Positions 1-8,162 of a DNA stretch of 25,805 nucleotides are shown piece by piece. The notes below the pieces were generated by a model. It searched no databases. It saw only the letters and a program-made list of their open reading frames with translations, and was not told the DNA's origin. This stretch comes from a virus. Lineage: Duplodnaviria; Caudoviricetes. Both the position numbers and the translations under genes were made by a program. The stretch spans positions 1 to 25,805 of IMG/VR virus record IMGVR_UViG_3300035135_001292. The stretch is one strand, 5' to 3'. Positions within the stretch are counted from its first letter, which is position 1, and every line of letters starts with the position of its first letter.

Positions 1-2
1 TT

Positions 3-2618
3 GGTGTCGCTCGTGCTCGCGACCTGGCTAATCGTCGTGAGCTCAGTATTAATACTGTTCGGCGTATGTTTTCTTACTTTGCTCGACACGCTGTCGATAA
101 GGAAGCCGAAGGATTCAGCAGCGGAGAAGATGGATTCCCGAGTGCCGGGCGAATCGCCTGGGAGTTATGGGGCGGAGATGCTGGACAGTCATGGACTCGA
201 CGAATCGTCGAGCGACTTAATTCATTAGACGAGAGAGCCTATATCGATTCGCGTCCCTACCCGAACGAACACGCAGCCAGGATCAGAGATCCCGACCAAT
301 ATGATGAGTTCCGGCGGGTAAATGATGAACTTGGTGAAGGAATTGATATAATCGTCGGTTATAAGAACGGAGAGACTGAGATTCAGTCGATTCGATTCGA
401 TTCTCGGATGTATTCGGCGGAAGCCGCTCGCGAATGGCTGCGGGAGAACAACTGGGAAGTTTTAAAGTTTGAGGAAGCCATTGAGGAAAAGGCAATGGAT
501 ACAGAAAAGCGCGCAGAACCTGGTGAATTATCGGTCGGCGATTTTGTCGAGTGGGATTCATCTGGCGGTATGGCTCGAGGTAAGATCGAGCGCATCGAGA
601 CTGATGGCGAGATCGATGTTCCGAACACTGATTTCACTGTCACCGGCACAGAGGATGACCCGGCGGCGTTGATACGTATCTATGACAGCGAGGGCAGCGA
701 GAGCGATGTCCTGGTCGGTCACAAGTTCTCGACTTTGACAAAAATCGATCCGATCCGCGGTGCTCACGATGACGAGCGTCATATAGTAAACGTCACCGAA
801 ACCGAATCGAGCGTCATTGTCGAATTCGAAAAGCATGAAAGCGACTCGGACGAAGAGCGCAAGGGGGTTGCCCAGGTAACCCACCGGGCGATGGAAATGG
901 ATGCCAGGGCGGTCGACGAGGAATCGCGTCGGGTTCGCATGGCGGTCAGCTCCGAAGAGCCCGTGCAGCGCTCTTTCGGCATGGAAGTATTGGAACACTC
1001 AGAGGAAGCCATCGATCTGAGCTTTCTCAACAGCGGTCGCGCTCCGCTGCTCTTGGATCACGATCCAGAGCGACAAATTGGCGTAGTTGAATCTGTCGAA
1101 CTCGACGGCTCGGCTCGGCGGCTCCGGGCGACGGTGCGTTTTGGGAAAGGCGCATTGGCTAGAGAGGCTTTCGACGATGTGGTGGATGGAATCAAGGCTA
1201 ACGTGTCCATTGGTTACGCCATCAACAAGCTGGAGCGCAAGGATAAAGAGACATATGTCGCTAAATCCTGGCGTCCCGTAGAGGCATCGCTCGTATCAAT
1301 CCCGGCTGATTCATCGGTCGGAGTAGGGCGCTCTGCTTCATCAAACCCCGTGATCAAAACTGACTTTAAGGAGACATTACCCATGTCAGAATCTATTGAT
1401 ATCGCGGCAGTCGAAGCAGATGCTCGGAAAGCCGCCCAAAAGAACGCCGCTCAAATTGTTGAGTTAGGCGCACGTCACAACAAATCGGATCTCGCGCAGC
1501 GCGCGATCTCGGAAGGCAAGTCGATCGAAGAATTTCGCGGCGAGCTGCTCGAGGTGATCGGATCTGATCGTGCATTGGAAAGCCAGGATATTGGCATGAA
1601 CAAAAAAGAAACCGAGCGTTTCTCTCTTGTTCGCGCTGTCAATGCTCTCGCAAACCCAACCGATCGACGAGCTCAGGAAGCCGCTGCATTCGAATTCGAG
1701 TGCTCTCGTGCTGCCGCTGATCAGTATGGCAAAACCGCCCAGGGCATCATGCTCCCGGCTGAGGTTATGCGAAACTGGAAGCGCGACCTGAACTCTGCTG
1801 ATGAGTTCGAGTTGTTCACCGATGATTTTCGTGGCGGTGAGTTTATCGATGTCCTTCGCAATGCATCATCAGTGATGCAGGCCGGCGCTCGTATGCTTGG
1901 CGGTCTTTCTGGCGATGTAAAAATCCCACGTAAAGATTCGGCAGCGGTTGCGGGTTGGATTGCTACCGAAGGCGGTGCATCTAGCGAGTCAGAAATGACT
2001 GTCGGACAAGTCTCGATGACTCCCAAGACACTCGGCGCTCACACTGATGTGACCCGTCAACTCTTGATCCAATCATCATTGGATGTCGAGGCGCTAATGC
2101 GTGATGACCTGGCGCAGTCAATCGCTCTGGCGATCGACCTGGCTGGTCTCGAGGGCTCTGGTTCAAGCGGTCAGCCTACTGGTATTTTGAATACCTCGGG
2201 CGTGAACACCGTGACAGCATTCGCAGCTGCTAACCCAACATTCGCAGAGGTGGTAACACTCGAGACGGCTGTTGCGGAAGATAATGCTCTGATGGGTAGC
2301 CTGGCATATATCATGCCTGCGGCTATGCATGGCGCGTTAAAGACGACTGAAAAGGCGTCGGGCACTGCTCAGTTTGTTGTCGAGCCTGGTGGCACTGTCA
2401 ACGGCTATCGTGCAATCGTTTCTAACCAGGGCACCGCCGGTAACCTGTACTTTGGAAACTTCAACGATCTGTTGATCGGTATGTTTGGCGGCCTCGATAT
2501 TGTTGTCGATCCGTACACAAACAGCACCAGCGGCACCGTTCGCGTTGTTGCATTGCAGTCTGTCGACGTAGCAGTACGTCACGCTGTTAGTTTCGCATTC
2601 GGTAACGACGGCGCATAA
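3..2618 (+). CDS. Multidomain prohead protease / HK97-fold major capsid protein fusion (5'-truncated)
   Basis: Frame is open from base 3 (GVARARDLANRRELSINTVRR-MFSYF...), so the true start lies upstream. Protease motifs APLLLDHD...IGVV, NVSIGY and W.PVEASLVSIPAD; HK97 capsid motifs (VKIPR, MTPKTLGAHTDVTRQLLIQSS, GQPTGILN, YFGNFNDL, DVAVRH). Confidence 0.93.
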   Translation, partial: GVARARDLANRRELSINTVRRMFSYFARHAVDKEAEGFSSGEDGFPSAGRIAWELWGGDAGQSWTRRIVERLNSLDERAYIDSRPYPNEHAARIRDPDQYDEFRRVNDELGEGIDIIVGYKNGETEIQSIRFDSRMYSAEAAREWLRENNWEVLKFEEAIEEKAMDTEKRAEPGELSVGDFVEWDSSGGMARGKIERIETDGEIDVPNTDFTVTGTEDDPAALIRIYDSEGSESDVLVGHKFSTLTKIDPIRGAHDDERHIVNVTETESSVIVEFEKHESDSDEERKGVAQVTHRAMEMDARAVDEESRRVRMAVSSEEPVQRSFGMEVLEHSEEAIDLSFLNSGRAPLLLDHDPERQIGVVESVELDGSARRLRATVRFGKGALAREAFDDVVDGIKANVSIGYAINKLERKDKETYVAKSWRPVEASLVSIPADSSVGVGRSASSNPVIKTDFKETLPMSESIDIAAVEADARKAAQKNAAQIVELGARHNKSDLAQRAISEGKSIEEFRGELLEVIGSDRALESQDIGMNKKETERFSLVRAVNALANPTDRRAQEAAAFEFECSRAAADQYGKTAQGIMLPAEVMRNWKRDLNSADEFELFTDDFRGGEFIDVLRNASSVMQAGARMLGGLSGDVKIPRKDSAAVAGWIATEGGASSESEMTVGQVSMTPKTLGAHTDVTRQLLIQSSLDVEALMRDDLAQSIALAIDLAGLEGSGSSGQPTGILNTSGVNTVTAFAAANPTFAEVVTLETAVAEDNALMGSLAYIMPAAMHGALKTTEKASGTAQFVVEPGGTVNGYRAIVSNQGTAGNLYFGNFNDLLIGMFGGLDIVVDPYTNSTSGTVRVVALQSVDVAVRHAVSFAFGNDGA
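1367..1385 (+). promoter_or_regulatory. Internal RBS + in-frame ATG at the start of the scaffold/capsid moiety
   Basis: TAAGGAG at 1367-1373, 9 nt before in-frame ATG 1383 (MSESID...), at the protease/capsid boundary. Confidence 0.6.
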
Positions 2619-2627
2619 ATGGCCTTC

Positions 2628-2655
2628 CCCGTCCCTTCGGGGACGGGTTTTTTTT
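2628..2655 (+). terminator. Rho-independent terminator after the capsid gene
   Basis: CCCGTCCC-TTCG-GGGACGGG followed by T8. Confidence 0.93.
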
Positions 2656-2664
2656 AGGTGAAAT

Positions 2665-2883
2665 ATGAAATATCTGGTATTAAAGGGCACAGTGATCGGT
2701 GGCAGCGCAACCCAGGCGGGCGATGTTGTTGAGGTTCCTGAGTCAGAAGTGAAAGCGCTGTTAGCCATGAAGCGCATCGCCGAGGTGGCTGAAAAGCCGA
2801 CGGCGACAACGAATCGCGCGGTCGGCCTGGATGATGACACCAAGCCAAAAAAGCGCGGCAGGCCGAAAAAGAAGGCTGATTGA
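2665..2883 (+). CDS. Small capsid-adjacent protein with basic C-terminal tail
   Basis: AGGTG RBS; 72 aa; position after the capsid gene; ends PKKRGRPKKKAD. Confidence 0.75.
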   Translation: MKYLVLKGTVIGGSATQAGDVVEVPESEVKALLAMKRIAEVAEKPTATTNRAVGLDDDTKPKKRGRPKKKAD

Positions 2884-3188
2884 TGGCTGTTGAGACCGCT
2901 GACGAGCGCGCGATATTCCTGGCTGATTTCGGGGTGGCTTGTTCCTATACCCCATCAGGCGGGACCGCGACCGATATCACGGTTATTTTTGACAATGAGT
3001 TCATCGATGTCGACACGACCGGCACGGTGACATTCGCGATGCAGCAGCCCAAGGTGCTCTGTCGCGATGGCGAGGTGAGTAATATCGCCGAGGGTGATCA
3101 GATGGTGATCGCTGGGGTAACTTATATTGTGCGCGTGGTGATGCCTGATGGGACGGGCATGACTGAAGTGATGCTAGAGGCGCAGTGA
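2883..3188 (+). CDS. Head-tail joining (head closure) protein, lambda gpFII-like
   Basis: TGATG overlap with the previous gene; ~100-aa beta-rich protein ending Y.VRVVMPDGTGMTEVML; synteny. Confidence 0.75.
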   Translation: MAVETADERAIFLADFGVACSYTPSGGTATDITVIFDNEFIDVDTTGTVTFAMQQPKVLCRDGEVSNIAEGDQMVIAGVTYIVRVVMPDGTGMTEVMLEAQ

Positions 3189-3631
3189 TGGCGCACGTTA
3201 GAAAGTTAATTCGCGACAATATAACCACCGCGCTGACTGGTTTGACGACGACAGGCACCAATGTCTATCAAACACGCGTTTATCCCCTGGCGGAGAATAA
3301 ACTGCCAGGAATCGCGATTTATACGAAGTCAGAGGATGTCGAATATCAAACGATAACGACTCCCAGGGCTCAGGAGCGCGTTTTATTGGTTGCAGTCGAG
3401 GCTTATGTGAAGGCGCTCGCAAATTATGACGACACGCTCGACACTATTGCAGAAGAAGTCGAGGCTGCTTTATATACAGATTTAACTCGCGGCGGATACG
3501 CAAAAGATACGCGAGTGATATCATTCGATTCGCAGTTTTCGGGTGATGCTGATCAGCCGGTGGCATATGCTACATTCACGGTCGAGGTTGACTATTTCAC
3601 GGCTGAAAACGATGCGGGGACAGCTATATGA
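3188..3631 (+). CDS. Tail terminator protein, lambda gpU-like
   Basis: TGATG overlap; MAHVR..IRD...L, VY.TRVYPL...LP.IAIY, LD.IAEEVEAAL; synteny. Confidence 0.75.
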   Translation: MAHVRKLIRDNITTALTGLTTTGTNVYQTRVYPLAENKLPGIAIYTKSEDVEYQTITTPRAQERVLLVAVEAYVKALANYDDTLDTIAEEVEAALYTDLTRGGYAKDTRVISFDSQFSGDADQPVAYATFTVEVDYFTAENDAGTAI

Positions 3632-3819
3632 TAGTGATGAAATATGGTGACACGACGATCAGGGTGCAACCCGAGAAAGTCGACGAGATGTTGCGAAAAG
3701 GTTGGGAGCTGGTTGAGTCCCAGGGTGAGCCCGTCAAGGCGAAAAAGGCGAGAGCTAAAAAGCCGGCGGCAGAACCCGAAGCAGAAGTTACAAACGATCA
3801 AGATTCCGGGGAGGAATAA
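3628..3819 (+). CDS. Hypothetical protein (63 aa)
   Basis: ATGA overlap; fills the gap between terminator and tail tube genes. Confidence 0.65.
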   Translation: MIVMKYGDTTIRVQPEKVDEMLRKGWELVESQGEPVKAKKARAKKPAAEPEAEVTNDQDSGEE

Positions 3820-3822
3820 AAC

Positions 3823-4212
3823 ATGGCAATCCACAAAGGATCCGAGGGAACTGTTAAGGTTGGTTCGAACACCATCGCCAATATTCGTTCCTACTCAATC
3901 GAGGAGTCGGCAGACACTCTCGAGCAGACAACAATGGGCGCGACCAGCCGGGCATTCGTTGCAAGCCTGACAACATTCACCGGGTCGGTGGATGTCTACT
4001 GGGATGAAACTGACACCACAGGCCAGGGCGCTCTCACGAGCGGCGCCGAGGTGACTCTGAATTTTTATCCAGAAGGCGATGCAGCTGGTGATACTTATTA
4101 CACTGGAACGGCTATCGTTACCGGCGTGACTCGATCAGCTGCTTTCGATGGCAACATCGAGGCATCGATCACCGTCCAGGGTGATGGCGCACTGCTTGAA
4201 ACGACGGTTTGA
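3823..4212 (+). CDS. Major tail tube protein
   Basis: GGAGG RBS; 129 aa; G.EGTVKVG, SYSIEESADTLE.TTMG, YYTGTAIVTG, SITVQG.GAL; precedes chaperone and tape measure. Confidence 0.85.
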   Translation: MAIHKGSEGTVKVGSNTIANIRSYSIEESADTLEQTTMGATSRAFVASLTTFTGSVDVYWDETDTTGQGALTSGAEVTLNFYPEGDAAGDTYYTGTAIVTGVTRSAAFDGNIEASITVQGDGALLETTV

Positions 4213-4214
4213 AA

Positions 4215-4553
4215 ATGAGTGTCCTGGATAAGGCGAAGGGGCACTACAAAACCCTATTAAGCGCCGAACCAGTCAAGATTGAGATCCCCGAGTGGGAGAC
4301 GACGGCATATGCAAAGCCTGGCATCAATCTAGCTCAGATGGGCGAAATTCTCGAGCTGAGTCAGAACGGTAAGACAGCCGAAGCGATGGCGATGACATTG
4401 ATCTATCGCCTGATCGATGAGGATGGCAAACCTATTTTCCGAAAGGCCGAGAAAACCGAGCTAATGCGTCACGTCGATCCCGATGTCCTGGCGCGTGTTG
4501 TTGGAGAGATTAGCTCGAACGATCCGGACGAGGATGAAGTCTCGGGAAACTGA
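4215..4553 (+). CDS. Tail assembly chaperone (gpG-like)
   Basis: Lies between tail tube and tape measure; DEDGKPIF motif; ends in slippery G-GGA-AAC-TGA. Confidence 0.85.
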   Translation: MSVLDKAKGHYKTLLSAEPVKIEIPEWETTAYAKPGINLAQMGEILELSQNGKTAEAMAMTLIYRLIDEDGKPIFRKAEKTELMRHVDPDVLARVVGEISSNDPDEDEVSGN

Positions 4554-4690
4554 GAGCCGACAATGACTTGCAGTTCCGTTATTACCTGGCGGAAACCCTC
4601 TGCAAAACAGTCGGAGAAATCGAAAGGATGGATATTAGGGAATATCTAGGCTGGATAGCGTGGTTTAAGTTAAAGGAATCGAACAGATGA
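4544..4690 (+). CDS. -1 frameshift extension of tail chaperone (gpGT-like)
   Basis: Slippery GGGAAAC at 4544-4550; -1 frame reads KLRADNDLQFRYYLAETLCKTVGEIERMDIREYLGWIAWFKLKESNR*, stopping at 4688-4690 over the tape measure ATG. Confidence 0.85.
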   Translation, partial: GKLRADNDLQFRYYLAETLCKTVGEIERMDIREYLGWIAWFKLKESNR

Positions 4691-6534
4691 GCCGAATGAA
4701 CGCGCAGATCGATATCACAGCCAAGAACAAAACGCAGAAGGCGTTTGATTCTGTTAATCGAAATCTGACCAATATGCGGCGCGCCACCAATAAAACGGTC
4801 GGGCGTGTCGCTAAAATTGGAACGGCGTTTGTCGCTGCGGGTGCGGCGGCGACCGCTGCGATGGTCAAAATGCGAATGCAGGCCATCGATAACCTTGCCA
4901 AAACCGCTGATAAACTCGGCGTCACCACCGAAGCGCTCGCCGGGTTCAGACACGCAGCCGAGCTCTCTGGAGTCTCTACCCAGGTATTCGATAAAGCGCT
5001 CCAGAATATGGGCGTGCAGATAGCGAATGCAGCCCAGGGCACTGGCATCGCTACTCGCGCGCTTGATGAACTGGGACTAAACGCCCAGGCGCTGACAAAA
5101 CTACCGCTCGATCAGCAAATGAGGGAAGTCGCGAAAGCGATGGAGAGCGTCGAGGATCACTCGACTCGAACCCGAATCGCATATGAGCTGTTTGGCGCGC
5201 GCGGTGTTGGCGTGCTGAACATGATGAAGGGCGGCGCCGATGCAATGGATGCGATGGCCCAGGAAGCGGAAACGTTAGGTATTGCGCTCGACAGGGTCGA
5301 CGCTGCTCAGATCGAGGCTGCGAACGACAACGTGACTCGAGCGAAAAGCGTTTTCGAGGGCTTCGCGAATCAGATCACCGTCGCATTATCCCCGGCAATT
5401 TCTGAGCTGGCGGCAAATTTCTATCAGACCGCTCTCGATACGAACGAGATGGGCAACGTCGGCGACAGAGTCGCTAAATTAATGGTGAAGGGATTCGGGT
5501 TTGTTGCCGATGGCATTCTCGGCCTCAAATTACTGGTTAAGGGAATACAACTCGCATTCGCCAGGCTCACGGCGCTGTTATTGCAGGGATTCTCAAAAAT
5601 CGGTGAGGCTGTCGATTTTATTATTCGGCAATACAACAAAGTCGCTGCTTTTTTTGGTCGGCCTACACTGGCGGCTAGTGTCTCCAAAAATTTCGAGATG
5701 ATGGCGCAGTCGTTCAGCAGTGTCGGCGATGATATCCAGCAGCAAATATCTGACGCTTTGAATGCTCCGCTGCCGAGCGAGCGGATCAATGAGTGGTATG
5801 ACAACGTACAAATGAGGGCCCGAAAAACTGCCGAGGTCGTCGCAGCTAATGCGCCTGGTGTTGTCGCTGCCGAAGCAAGTGCAGCGGCTGCGCCGGTGGA
5901 TGTCACCGATACCGACCCGGTCACAAAAGCGCGGATGGAAGGCGAGCAAAAGCTAAAGGAATTCACGCGCAAGTCGACAATGGAGCAGACTCAGATCGTG
6001 CTCGGCGGATTAGATCAACAGCTCGCAGGCATCGCCAAACACAACAAAGCCGCGTTCGCCTTGCAGAAGGGCGTGCAGATCGCCCAGGCGGTCATGAATA
6101 CCTACACGGGCGCGACTAAAGCGCTAGCATCATTCCCACCACCGATCAATTTCGCGATGGCTGCTGCGGTAGTTGCGAGCGGCCTGGCGCAAGTGGCATC
6201 GATTCGCGCACAAAGTTTCGAGGGCGGTGGTTTTACTGGTTTCGGTGCTCGGTCTGGCGGTGTCGATGGTAAGGGGGGATTCCCGGCGATACTGCACCCC
6301 AACGAAACAGTAATCGATCACACTAAATCACCGCGCGGAAAGCAGGACGACGAGAAGGTTCGCAATCAAAGCGAGGTGATCGTTCATCAAACGATAAACG
6401 TCACGACGGGCATACAATCGACTGTGAGAGCTGAAATCGCGAATATGCTCCCTGCTATTACCGAAGCGGCAAAAGCCGCTGTGGCGGATTCTAGGATGCG
6501 TGGAGGCGGCTTCTCGGCTGCAATGGGGACATAA
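4687..6534 (+). CDS. Tail tape measure protein
   Basis: 615 aa, Ala-rich helical; N-terminal IDITAKNKT..AF.SV; C-terminal GGFTG...GGVDGKGGFPAILHPNETV; follows G/GT. Confidence 0.92.
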   Translation: MSRMNAQIDITAKNKTQKAFDSVNRNLTNMRRATNKTVGRVAKIGTAFVAAGAAATAAMVKMRMQAIDNLAKTADKLGVTTEALAGFRHAAELSGVSTQVFDKALQNMGVQIANAAQGTGIATRALDELGLNAQALTKLPLDQQMREVAKAMESVEDHSTRTRIAYELFGARGVGVLNMMKGGADAMDAMAQEAETLGIALDRVDAAQIEAANDNVTRAKSVFEGFANQITVALSPAISELAANFYQTALDTNEMGNVGDRVAKLMVKGFGFVADGILGLKLLVKGIQLAFARLTALLLQGFSKIGEAVDFIIRQYNKVAAFFGRPTLAASVSKNFEMMAQSFSSVGDDIQQQISDALNAPLPSERINEWYDNVQMRARKTAEVVAANAPGVVAAEASAAAAPVDVTDTDPVTKARMEGEQKLKEFTRKSTMEQTQIVLGGLDQQLAGIAKHNKAAFALQKGVQIAQAVMNTYTGATKALASFPPPINFAMAAAVVASGLAQVASIRAQSFEGGGFTGFGARSGGVDGKGGFPAILHPNETVIDHTKSPRGKQDDEKVRNQSEVIVHQTINVTTGIQSTVRAEIANMLPAITEAAKAAVADSRMRGGGFSAAMGT

Positions 6535-7073
6535 TGGCTGCTTTTCCAAATGTAGGCTTTGAAAAGATGACGATGCGCCTTAAATCGGCGACATCCATCA
6601 CCACCTCGCCTTTCACTTATGATCAACAGGTTTTCCAGCACCAGGGCGTGCGCTGGGAAGCCGAGGTTACACTGCCACCCTTAAAGCAGAGCCAGGCGAA
6701 AGAGGTTGAGGCTTTTTTCGCTGCGCTGCGAGGCCAGGCGAACACGTTCACGATGGGAAATCCTATCCATAGCCAGTCGGCGATCGGTACGATTACGAGC
6801 GGCACAAAAAACGCGACAACAGTCACCGGGACTCTAGGTGGCGCTGAGGTTGGCGACTATTTCGAGGTCGGTGGCAGTCTCTACATCATCACTGCGATCG
6901 ATTCGTCGACGTTCGATATTATGCCGCCGCTGCGAACTGCGATCTCGGCATCGACGTCACTTGATTTCACGCTGCCGAAAGGAACCTGGCGCCTGGCATC
7001 GAATGATATCGAGTGGGATATCGATAAGGCGAGTTTTTATTCTTTCACGTTCGCGTGCGTTGAGGCGATATGA
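6534..7073 (+). CDS. Distal tail protein (Dit-like)
   Basis: TAATG overlap; SPFTY.QQV, WEAEVTLPPL, FF..LRGQ..TF, ends F.CVEAI; directly after tape measure. Confidence 0.75.
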   Translation: MAAFPNVGFEKMTMRLKSATSITTSPFTYDQQVFQHQGVRWEAEVTLPPLKQSQAKEVEAFFAALRGQANTFTMGNPIHSQSAIGTITSGTKNATTVTGTLGGAEVGDYFEVGGSLYIITAIDSSTFDIMPPLRTAISASTSLDFTLPKGTWRLASNDIEWDIDKASFYSFTFACVEAI

Positions 7074-7696
7074 CTCGCGGCCTGGTCACTGATATTGCGA
7101 ACGCTGTTTCGTCGGATGTCGTTCGCCCGGTCGTTTTTGTGCAATGCGCGTTTGACTCTGGCGCTCTCAATCTATGGAGCGGCCTGGGTGACCTGACTGC
7201 CGATAGCGTCGATTATGTTGGCGCTGGCACGTTACTCAGCATCGGCAGCATCAAGGAAAGCGCGGAGCTCCAGGCTAATGGGGTTTCTGTCACATTGTCG
7301 GGCGTTACTGAGCCGCTATTGTCGAAGGCTCGAGATGAGAACTATCAGGGGCGATCGCTCAAAATTTTGCTCGGCGTGATGGATTCGACAAATACATTGA
7401 TCGACAACCCGTTTGTTATTTTCTCGGGCTTTATGGATACGATGACGATCCAGGACGGCGAGGAAACGGCGACGATTCGAGTCACGGTAGAAAATCGCCT
7501 GGTCGAGTTCGAGCGCTCACGACAGCGCCGCTATACCGCGGAAGATCAAAAAATCGATTACCCCACCGATAAAGGGCTCGAGTTCGTTGCCGAGATAGCA
7601 GAGAAAGAGATCGTTTGGGGTAGATCCCAGGCTACCCCGCAAACACCGCCCGGCGGTGATGGGGATTACGATGAAAGCGACAGACATCACGACTAG
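7070..7696 (+). CDS. Tail tip / baseplate hub protein (gpL-like slot)
   Basis: ATGA overlap; LWSGLGDL, Y.GAG.LLSI, F.GFMDTM.I, RRYT.EDQ...YP.DKGLEFV. Confidence 0.75.
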   Translation: MTRGLVTDIANAVSSDVVRPVVFVQCAFDSGALNLWSGLGDLTADSVDYVGAGTLLSIGSIKESAELQANGVSVTLSGVTEPLLSKARDENYQGRSLKILLGVMDSTNTLIDNPFVIFSGFMDTMTIQDGEETATIRVTVENRLVEFERSRQRRYTAEDQKIDYPTDKGLEFVAEIAEKEIVWGRSQATPQTPPGGDGDYDESDRHHD

Positions 7697-7708
7697 CGAG
7701 AGGCCATC

Positions 7709-8158
7709 ATGAAATTTTCTCATGAAAATCTCGCTAATGTTAAACAGGATATATTGCCGCTGCTCGATGAGCATTGGCGGGAAATCGCTCTCAACCAGGA
7801 CGTTATAAAGCTAAATCCTGACTGGGAAGCCTACGCTGCGCTCGATGCCGCTGGTCGGCTGCGCGTTTACACTGCTCGAGAGAATGGCGAGCTGCTCGGC
7901 TATTTTGTTCTGATTGTGGCGCCTTCCCTACATTACAAGGATCATATTTTCGCGAACAACGACATCATATTTTTGCGTGCTGACGTGCGCGAGGGATTCA
8001 CTGGGATTAAGCTGATAAAATATGCGGTCGAGTGTTTAGAACGCGAAGGCGTTCGACAGATCAACATTAATACGAAAGTGCATCAGCCGTTCGATAAAAT
8101 CCTGGAGCGCCAGGGCTTTGAGAATATCGAGCGCGTATATTCGAAGTGTATGAGGTGA
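7709..8158 (+). CDS. GNAT-family acetyltransferase
   Basis: GAGG RBS; motif-A-like DIIFLRADVREGFTGIKLIK and C-terminal ILERQGF..IERVYSK. Confidence 0.75.
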   Translation: MKFSHENLANVKQDILPLLDEHWREIALNQDVIKLNPDWEAYAALDAAGRLRVYTARENGELLGYFVLIVAPSLHYKDHIFANNDIIFLRADVREGFTGIKLIKYAVECLEREGVRQININTKVHQPFDKILERQGFENIERVYSKCMR

Positions 8159-8162
8159 TTTT

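Noticed and set aside
1-228. 75-aa ORF in frame 1, and ATG 66 as the start of the head gene
   Set aside because: Frame 3 is open and protein-like from base 3, so the real gene starts upstream; the frame-1 ORF is a shadow
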